The notes under the pieces: generated by a model
Told to the model about the DNA's origin: nothing
The model's input: only the letters and a program-made list of their open reading frames with translations
The model's database searches: none
Assembly (NCBI GenBank): GCA_041675085.1
Contig: JBAYUN010000004.1
Span: 2,032 to 66,031, forward strand
DNA from: Minisyncoccota bacterium
Lineage (GTDB): Bacteria > Patescibacteriota > Minisyncoccia > Phycocordibacterales > UBA9973
Length of the DNA stretch: 64,000 nucleotides
Direction of reading: 5' to 3'
Shown here: positions 57,344 through 64,000 of the stretch, piece after piece
How positions within the stretch are numbered: position 1 is the first letter of the stretch
Layout: every line of letters begins with the position of its first letter
Translations under genes and position numbers: made by a program

Positions 57344-58729
57344 CTATCTAAAGTTGATAACGTTACCGTTCTCAAGAATGATAGCCCCTTCAGGACAGCC
57401 TAATAAGAAATTGGCATAAGCACGAGTAGTTTTGTATGTATAACCCGTAGCTTCGGAAATTACCCAAGGAATTAGCACGTATTGTCTGTATTTAGTTTGG
57501 AATGCACGAATTGCTATTTCAGTATTGCCTCCATACAGGCCGTCTAAAACTAAATTAAAGCCTTCGTATTTGTTCAAAAATGCTTGCCACAATCTAACTT
57601 CTTGAGGATCATTGTTGATATCACCTTTTTTCAAATATTTAGTAAAGACAGGACAAGCTCTTTGGGTATTATCAATAGGAGAATTTACAAAAACTGTATT
57701 GTTGTTATTTATTGGCGGATTCTGAACTTGGATTTGTTGTTGGACTGGTACATACACAGAATTAGATGAAGTACCATTCGGTCCAGTACAAGTCAGGATA
57801 AAGGTTGTAGAAGCAGTCATGTTGCCAATAGTTTGATTGCCGCTATTTGCACTCTTCTCTCCTGTCCAACCATTACTTGCAACACAGCTTGTAGCATCAG
57901 TCACATTCCAATTTAGAGTGACGATACCTCCGTATGGTGTAGGTATAGGAGAAGCATTTAAGAAGACTGCAGGTGGATTTGATATTGGTTGAGACACAGG
58001 CACATATACAGAAGCATTAGAGCTACCTCCAGGACCCGTACAAGTCAAAACGAAAGTAGTACTAGCACTCATATTACCAATAGATTGATAACCACCATTT
58101 GCGTTTTTGGTACCAGTCCAACCATTACTTGCAATACAGTTTGTAGCATTACTGATATTCCAACTTAGGTTAGTAACTCCATTATAGGGAGAAGGATTTG
58201 GAGATGCTGATAGAGATATTTGAGGTGGATTTTGAGGCTGAGCAACATCAGTAGGAGGATTTATCGGAGGGTATGAAACTGGTGGTGTTCCAGATTGAAT
58301 ACACTCTAGAGAAGTAGTAACTCTAATATAGTCCCCTTGCTCGTAGTATTTAGATCTTTTCCAATTTGTAATAGTTTCTACTTTATAATCCCTAATACCT
58401 ATTGTTTGTGGATACCATTTTTGACAATAAGTAAGCTTATCTAAATCAGCTCCACTAACGCCATCCGGATCTGGTCTCCAGAATCCAGCAGGATCTACGT
58501 GCTGATTCACTTTACCCCACCAGTACGCAATACGAGGAGTTGTATCATTACTAGATACTAAAGGCAGAGAAACTTGAGAAGCAGGATTTACCAGATTGCT
58601 AAATTTATCGGCCACGTTATTAAATACACTTGCTAGACTTAATTCTCCAGGACTTTTCAAGACAACAAAACCTACTAATAAAACTCCGAAAATCAAAGAG
58701 AAGAGTGCTACATTTTTTTTAATCAACAT
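57344..58729 (-). CDS. secreted protein with WGKVNQH domain, two Ig/PKD-like repeats and peptidoglycan-binding domain
   Basis: PRIAYWWGKVNQH...PDGVSGA...YCQKWYP; two CxASNGWTG...TFxLTCTGP repeats; DGLYGGNT..AI.AFQ. Confidence 0.8.
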   Translation of the reverse strand: MLIKKNVALFSLIFGVLLVGFVVLKSPGELSLASVFNNVADKFSNLVNPASQVSLPLVSSNDTTPRIAYWWGKVNQHVDPAGFWRPDPDGVSGADLDKLTYCQKWYPQTIGIRDYKVETITNWKRSKYYEQGDYIRVTTSLECIQSGTPPVSYPPINPPTDVAQPQNPPQISLSASPNPSPYNGVTNLSWNISNATNCIASNGWTGTKNANGGYQSIGNMSASTTFVLTCTGPGGSSNASVYVPVSQPISNPPAVFLNASPIPTPYGGIVTLNWNVTDATSCVASNGWTGEKSANSGNQTIGNMTASTTFILTCTGPNGTSSNSVYVPVQQQIQVQNPPINNNNTVFVNSPIDNTQRACPVFTKYLKKGDINNDPQEVRLWQAFLNKYEGFNLVLDGLYGGNTEIAIRAFQTKYRQYVLIPWVISEATGYTYKTTRAYANFLLGCPEGAIILENGNVINFR

Positions 58730-58792
58730 TTAGATATTATAACAAAAAAACATCCAAAGGTGTACTTTGGATGTTTTTTGAATTTATTATAT

Positions 58793-60064
58793 TTAGTATT
58801 CTCTCATTGAGAGTTGAGCGTCTATTTTCTTGATCAAATCTAGAACCACAGACACAACGATAAGCAAAGCTGTACCTCCTAAAGCTAGAGCTGCGATACC
58901 AGAAGCAGCTTGCATAATCAAAGGCAATACGGCAATAACACCCAAGAATAAAGCTCCAAATAAAGTAATACGAGTTAGAACTTTAGAGATATAATCTGAA
59001 GTCGATGCACCTGGACGGATACCTGGAACGAAAGCTCCATTCTTTTGTAGATTGGTAGACAAAGCATCTGGATCAAAAGTAACAGCAGTATAGAAGTAAG
59101 TAAACAAGAATACAAAGATAAAATACAATATACCATACAATAATGATGTTTGAGAGAAAGTACTTAGTGATTGTGCTATTTTTGCAATAGTTGGGTTTGA
59201 AGCTCCTGATAGTACATTACCGATGATTTGTGGGAAAAGAAGGATAGACAAAGCAAAGATAATAGGCATAACTCCAGATTGATTTACACGAAGAGGAATA
59301 TAAGTTGAACCTCCACCGTAAACCTTAGTACCACGTACTTGTTTTGCATAAGTTACAGGTATAGGTCTCTCAGCTTCAGTAACATACACAACTCCAGCAA
59401 TAACAAGCAAACTCAAAACTACGAATAATATATAAAGTGGAATTTGAGAAGGATCGAAAGTAAATATAAGTTGACTGACTTGTGTAGGTAGACTAGCTAC
59501 GATACCAGCAAAGATTATGATAGAGACACCATTACCAATACCGAATTCACTCATAAGCTCACCCAACCACATAATAAGCATTGCACCAGCAACAACTATG
59601 ATAAGATTAGTCATTCTCTCAAAAGTAGTTAGTTCTCCTAAGATACTTTGATTTTCTAATATAGCTAAAAGACTAAAACCTTGGATAGCTGCTAGGGGTA
59701 CGGTCAATATTCTTGAGTATTGAGTAAATTTCTTACGTCCAATATCCCCTTCTTCTTGGTACATTCTCTTTAGAGCAGGCACCATAACAGTTAGAAGTTG
59801 CATGATAATAGAACCTGTAATATAAGGTCCTACTCCAAGCATGATTATAGAAAGATTAGAAAGTCCTCCTCCAGAGAAAATATTTAAAATACCGAAAAAT
59901 TGATTGTTTGATAGGAAACGATTTAATTGCAGAGTATCCACTCCCGGAATTGGAATGGAAGAAAGTAATCTAAATATGATAAGTGAACCTAAAACAAACA
60001 GAATTTTATTTCTGATTTGTTTATCAAACATCATCATTTTCATTTTACTTAGAAATTTTTGCAT
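58793..60064 (-). CDS. secY: preprotein translocase subunit SecY
   Basis: LGVGPYITGSII, GIGNGVS, IPLRVN.SGVMPIIFA, VPGIRPG, GGTALLIVV. Confidence 0.98.
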   Translation of the reverse strand: MQKFLSKMKMMMFDKQIRNKILFVLGSLIIFRLLSSIPIPGVDTLQLNRFLSNNQFFGILNIFSGGGLSNLSIIMLGVGPYITGSIIMQLLTVMVPALKRMYQEEGDIGRKKFTQYSRILTVPLAAIQGFSLLAILENQSILGELTTFERMTNLIIVVAGAMLIMWLGELMSEFGIGNGVSIIIFAGIVASLPTQVSQLIFTFDPSQIPLYILFVVLSLLVIAGVVYVTEAERPIPVTYAKQVRGTKVYGGGSTYIPLRVNQSGVMPIIFALSILLFPQIIGNVLSGASNPTIAKIAQSLSTFSQTSLLYGILYFIFVFLFTYFYTAVTFDPDALSTNLQKNGAFVPGIRPGASTSDYISKVLTRITLFGALFLGVIAVLPLIMQAASGIAALALGGTALLIVVSVVLDLIKKIDAQLSMREY

Positions 60065-60075
60065 AAAAATATTTA

Positions 60076-60513
60076 TTATTCTGATACGGTACCACCTGCC
60101 TTCTCGATCTTAGCTTTAGCAACAGAAGAAACAATAACTTTTGAGAAATCAGCCTTTACAGCAAAATCATTCTTACCAGCTAAAACTTTTACAGCTGGAG
60201 TAAATCCTTTTCTAGTTTTGATAGCTTTAGCTTCAACTAGGATAGTAGGATTAATAGAACCACCTTTTGGGAAGAATTTAGCGATAGTATCAAGAGAGAT
60301 AGCAGTAGGTTCTTTTGCGAAAGAATTAAATCTATAACCACGAAGTTTTGGCAATTTCTTGATTATAACTCTTAATTCTGGGCGGCGCTTGTTACCAGCA
60401 CGAGCTGTTTGCCCCTTGCCTCCTCTTCCCGCAGTTTTGGCGTGCTTACCTCCACGTCCAACGATACGGTCTTTCTTGTTTTTATTTTTTCTTTTTAAAT
60501 CGTGTATTTGCAT
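60076..60513 (-). CDS. rplO: 50S ribosomal protein L15
   Basis: VGRGG...GRGGKGQTAR, LPKLRG, IEKAGG. Confidence 0.96.
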   Translation of the reverse strand: MQIHDLKRKNKNKKDRIVGRGGKHAKTAGRGGKGQTARAGNKRRPELRVIIKKLPKLRGYRFNSFAKEPTAISLDTIAKFFPKGGSINPTILVEAKAIKTRKGFTPAVKVLAGKNDFAVKADFSKVIVSSVAKAKIEKAGGTVSE

Positions 60514-60524
60514 AAAATTTAATT

Positions 60525-61082
60525 TTATTTTTCTTCTCTAACTACTTCTTTTCCTGCTACGACTGTTACTTCTGGTGTAGCTTTAACGTATTTTGAAGAG
60601 ATTTGAGAAAGTGCAGATATAACTGCTTTTGAGTTGTTTAATTTATTCTTTGTACCACCTAGAACTTTAGCTGTTACGTCTTTAACTCCAGCTAATTTTA
60701 GTATATCACGAACTACTGTTCCTGCTACAAGTCCGCGTCCTTTGTTTGGCATGATTTTTAGAGCAGAACTAGAGAACTTTGCAGAGATTTCATGAGGAAT
60801 AGACATAGACTTAGTTAGATTTAACTTAATCATGTTTTTCTTTGCATTTCTTAATGCTTTATTGATAGCAAGAGCTGTATCTCCAGCTTTACCAAGACCG
60901 AATCCTACGTTGCCTTTTCTGTCTCCAGCGATTAGAGCGACACTAAAAGAGAATCTTCTTCCTCCTGCTACAACACGTGTAACACGACGAATACTAACCA
61001 TCTTTTGATCAAACTCAGGCTTTGGTCTTCCAAAAGAAGAAGTTCTTCTACCGTTATTCTTTTTTTGATTATCTTTATCCAT
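60525..61082 (-). CDS. rpsE: 30S ribosomal protein S5
   Basis: RVTRVVAGGRRFSF, G.VGFGLGKA. Confidence 0.97.
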   Translation of the reverse strand: MDKDNQKKNNGRRTSSFGRPKPEFDQKMVSIRRVTRVVAGGRRFSFSVALIAGDRKGNVGFGLGKAGDTALAINKALRNAKKNMIKLNLTKSMSIPHEISAKFSSSALKIMPNKGRGLVAGTVVRDILKLAGVKDVTAKVLGGTKNKLNNSKAVISALSQISSKYVKATPEVTVVAGKEVVREEK

Positions 61083-61093
61083 ATCGAATTTAA

Positions 61094-61435
61094 TTAAAAT
61101 TTAAGCCCACCCTCGCGTGCTTGATCTGCTACTAATTTAATACGTCCTGTATATTTAAAACCGTTTCTATCAAAAACAATTTGTGTGATCTTTTTTGCTA
61201 TAGCTTTTTTAGCGATTTCAGTACCTACGATTTTAGCGCGTTCAGTCTTTGTGCCTTTGTCCATTTTGATATCACTTGCTTCCACTAAAGTTACTCCTTT
61301 TGTGTCGTCAATGATTTGAGCATAGATGAATTTATTAGAACGGAAAACTGAAAGTCTTGGGCGTGTTTCAACACCATTAACCTTTGCTCTAATTTTCTTC
61401 TTTAATCTTATTCTTTTGTCTGTTTTTGTATTCAT
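61094..61435 (-). CDS. rplR: 50S ribosomal protein L18
   Basis: RPRLSVFRSN, VFDRNGFKYTGR. Confidence 0.97.
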   Translation of the reverse strand: MNTKTDKRIRLKKKIRAKVNGVETRPRLSVFRSNKFIYAQIIDDTKGVTLVEASDIKMDKGTKTERAKIVGTEIAKKAIAKKITQIVFDRNGFKYTGRIKLVADQAREGGLKF

Positions 61436-61453
61436 ATTTTTATAAATGAGTTA

Positions 61454-61987
61454 TTATGCAGTTTTCTTACCTTGCTTACGTCTAATAACTTCGTCATGGT
61501 AACGCATACCCTTTCCTTTATATGGTTCTGGTTTCTTTAAAGCACGTACAGAAGCTGTAAAGCTACCTACTAGTTCTTTGTCGATACCTGTGATTGTGAT
61601 GTTGTTCTTTTCAACTACAGCAGTCAAACCTTCTGGTACAGTGACTACTACAGGGTGAGAGAAACCTAAAGCAAAATGAATTTCTTTACCTTTAAGTTCT
61701 GATTTGAAACCGACTCCTTCTAAGATCAATTTCTTTTCGTATGGAGTCTCTACTCCTTTTACCATGTTGATTATATGTGAAGCATAAGTACCCCAAAGAG
61801 AACGAGAGAATTTATCATTTCTTTTGATGTTTAGAGTTACTTTATCGCCTTCGATATTTACTACGATATCATCACGAAATTCTTTAGTTAAAGTTCCTTT
61901 TGGTCCAACCACTTTCAAAATCATACCATCTTTGGTAACGGTAACTCCTTTCGGTATTATTATTTCTTTTTTTCCAATTCTACTCAT
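61454..61987 (-). CDS. rplF: 50S ribosomal protein L6
   Basis: MSRIGK, LGFSHPV, PEPYKGKG. Confidence 0.98.
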   Translation of the reverse strand: MSRIGKKEIIIPKGVTVTKDGMILKVVGPKGTLTKEFRDDIVVNIEGDKVTLNIKRNDKFSRSLWGTYASHIINMVKGVETPYEKKLILEGVGFKSELKGKEIHFALGFSHPVVVTVPEGLTAVVEKNNITITGIDKELVGSFTASVRALKKPEPYKGKGMRYHDEVIRRKQGKKTA

Positions 61988-62000
61988 AATATTTTATAAA

Positions 62001-62387
62001 TTACCAAACTTTGAATAATGCTTCCCCACCGACTTGTTCTTTTCTAGCTTCTTTACCTGATAGGATTCCTTTTGGTGTTGAAAAAACAAAAATACCAGAA
62101 CCGTTTCTAACTGTGTGAATATCTGCTACACCGTAATAAACACGTCTTGATGGTTTTGAAATTCTTTGAACTTCTGTGATCTTTGGTTTGTTGTTGTTGT
62201 AAATAAGACCTATTTCTATAACAGGCATACCTTTCTTAGTTTTCTTTGAAACACCAGTAACAAAGCCTTCTTTTTGTAAACACAAAGCTATTGCGTACTT
62301 TAATTTTGAATAAGGAATAGCAACAGACTCGTGTCCTACGAGACTTGCATTCTTTATTGTTATTATCATTTGTGAAATTATATCCAT
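62001..62387 (-). CDS. rpsH: 30S ribosomal protein S8
   Basis: RISKPSRRVY, STPKG, VGGE. Confidence 0.97.
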   Translation of the reverse strand: MDIISQMIITIKNASLVGHESVAIPYSKLKYAIALCLQKEGFVTGVSKKTKKGMPVIEIGLIYNNNKPKITEVQRISKPSRRVYYGVADIHTVRNGSGIFVFSTPKGILSGKEARKEQVGGEALFKVW

Positions 62388-62405
62388 AAAATTTGATCTA
62401 TTTAA

Positions 62406-62591
62406 TTACCAAGAAGATTTACGTACGCCTGGTAAATTACCTTCGTTTGCTTGCTCTCTAAAACAGATACGACATAAGTCGAAATCTCTCATATAACCCT
62501 TTCCGCGACCACAACGAAAACATCGATTCTTTTGACGAGTCGAAAATTTTGGGGTCTTTAGTGATCTTGCTATTACTGATGTTTTTGCCAT
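62406..62591 (-). CDS. rpsN: 30S ribosomal protein S14 (Zn-binding type)
   Basis: RCFRCGR...LCRICFRE...PGVRKSSW. Confidence 0.97.
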   Translation of the reverse strand: MAKTSVIARSLKTPKFSTRQKNRCFRCGRGKGYMRDFDLCRICFREQANEGNLPGVRKSSW

Positions 62592-62698
62592 ATATAAATA
62601 TCGTCTTTTATCTAAGTGATATCTTGTGTAATTTCTTAAAGCTTCTTAAAAACCTTAAGGAGAAACACAGATCAGTCTTAAATAATGAAGACTTCTAT

Positions 62699-62727
62699 AT
62701 CCTAGCAAATCTATAAAAATAAGTCAA
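62699..62727 (-). promoter_or_regulatory. candidate promoter for rpsN-secY
   Basis: TTGACT-17-TAGGAT with TG extension. Confidence 0.55.
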
Positions 62728-62798
62728 CCCTGTCAGCCGCGACTGACGGGGTCAAATAAAAAAGAGGTTATGTATTAACCTCTTTGTAATTTAAATTT

Positions 62799-63014
62799 CT
62801 AATTTTTAGGCAAAATTTTTAATCCTAGATGCGCAACCAGATATCCGATTAATAAAAAACCAAAAAACAAGGGCAAGAATCCTGATTCTACATAAAGATT
62901 ATTTAAAAATTCGGCATAACTCCTTATGCATAAAAGTGGATTCATGTCGCTCGCCTGCAAGCACAGAGTAAACCCCAATAAAAAAACAATTAAACCTAGA
63001 AAATTCCGAGCCAT
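62799..63014 (-). CDS. small 2-TM hypothetical protein
   Basis: Hydrophobic 71-aa ORF between terminator-like hairpins. Confidence 0.45.
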   Translation of the reverse strand: MARNFLGLIVFLLGFTLCLQASDMNPLLCIRSYAEFLNNLYVESGFLPLFFGFLLIGYLVAHLGLKILPKN

Positions 63015-63118
63015 GGTTTTAAATTTTAAAAATGAAAAGAAATATTATTCCAACTCTTTATACCACAAAGTAATTAAAAAAACAAAATCCCTTTTCGGGG
63101 ATTTTTATTTTTATTAGT

Positions 63119-63604
63119 TTATTTACCCAAGAGTATTTCGTGACGAACTTCTTCTTTAAATGATTTCACATCTTGAGAAATACCAGTTATTTGGTCTTGT
63201 AGTCTTGCTTCGGTTTCTAGTAGGTCTGTTTTAGTAGCAAAAGCTTTTAAATCTTCTTTATTAGTCATATTTTCTAAAATATAAGCAGTAGTTTTTGCAA
63301 TTAAATCTACCTTTGTATCTGTTTCTAGCAAATCGGTTTTAGTGGCAAGAGCTTTTAAATCTTCTTTAGTAGCCATATTTTGCTCCAAAGTACTTAAATC
63401 TTCTTTAGTAGCCATATTTTGCTCCAAAGTACTTAAATCTTCTTTGGTGGCCATTTTTTGTTCCAAAGTACTTAAATCTTCTTTGGTCGCCATTTTTTGT
63501 TCCAAAGTACTTAAATCTTCTTTGGTCGCCATTTTTTGTTCCAAAGTAATAAACCTCCTATTTATAGATTCTAGTAATTCTTTATTGGAGATATCTTTTT
63601 CCAT
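63119..63604 (-). CDS. coiled-coil protein with MATKEDLSTLEQ(K/N) tandem repeats
   Basis: About five 13-aa (39-bp) repeats at ~63355-63549. Confidence 0.8.
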   Translation of the reverse strand: MEKDISNKELLESINRRFITLEQKMATKEDLSTLEQKMATKEDLSTLEQKMATKEDLSTLEQNMATKEDLSTLEQNMATKEDLKALATKTDLLETDTKVDLIAKTTAYILENMTNKEDLKAFATKTDLLETEARLQDQITGISQDVKSFKEEVRHEILLGK

Positions 63605-63715
63605 GCAACTATTATAATATAAAAACTAAATTTGGGTCAACTCTACCAGTCGCGACTGGAGGATAAAATAAAAAAGGCTCTAATTAAAGAGCCTTTTAAA
63701 AAAAATAACTAAAAG

Positions 63716-64000
63716 TTAGACACCTAGTTCTGCTTTAGATTGCAGGATTTTATCTTTAATTGAGATATAATCTTTTTGATTTTCAAATTTAGGATCTAGG
63801 CAAAGACCCATTGAATTATTAACCATCTTAAATTCTTCATCATCAAAAAACAATTTTTCCAAACTAAATGCAGACCAATAATTATCACAAGCTTTATTTT
63901 CAAAAACAAAGTTGAGATCAAAAGCTGAAAAATAACCTTCATCAAGAGCAAAATACTCACTATATAAAATTTGTACTTCTGACAATTTTAATTTTTCATC
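63716..64000 (-). CDS. hypothetical protein, 3' part (frame open to the window edge)
   Basis: Frame continues DEKLK upstream of the TTG used by the track. Confidence 0.5.
   Translation of the reverse strand, partial: DEKLKLSEVQILYSEYFALDEGYFSAFDLNFVFENKACDNYWSAFSLEKLFFDDEEFKMVNNSMGLCLDPKFENQKDYISIKDKILQSKAELGV

Noticed and set aside
63355-63549. 39-bp tandem repeat as CRISPR
   Set aside because: No unique spacers; it is an in-frame coding repeat
1-64000. Alternative genetic code 25 (UGA=Gly)
   Set aside because: Conserved genes are full length under code 11 and TGA ends several ORFs (GT2, transposase, sigma factor)

Overview
Chromosomal segment of a Patescibacteria/CPR bacterium, most likely Parcubacteria (no rpmD between rpsE and rplO, archaeal-type PyrH and Cmk, many peptidoglycan-binding surface proteins, TGA used as stop so code 11). 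Housekeeping content: 5' end of a stand-alone 23S rRNA, rplJL, ftsK, recA, efp, rpsF-ssb-rpsR, ftsH, tRNA-Ile(UAU), smpB/tmRNA, infC-rpmI-rplT, ndk, map-pyrH-adk-cmk and the distal spc operon (rpsN to secY). The most notable region is 10.5-16.7 kb. There a REP-associated tyrosine transposase (RAYT) lies in a run of co-oriented genes where each intergenic gap holds one copy of a 21-bp palindrome, usually fused to a DnaA-box 9-mer, and the 3' UTR/terminator of the neighbouring S-layer-like gene is triplicated. This resembles an integron-like cassette array (cargo: HicBA, a NYN nuclease, coiled-coil and surface proteins). A second accessory island (27.5-38.6 kb) carries HAD, GT2, kinase-NUDIX, Tmk, NUDIX and HIT enzymes, a complete IS481-like element and a divergent CysRS. 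Other signals: pervasive leaderless promoters, an unnamed Trp/Cys domain present three times, tandem hairpins between rplJ and rplL, a 27-aa tmRNA tag and several small palindromic repeat families. The ORF track labels ftsK (21742..23964) and cmk (56737..57306) as minus, but both read on the + strand. All calls come from reading the sequence; no database searches were run.
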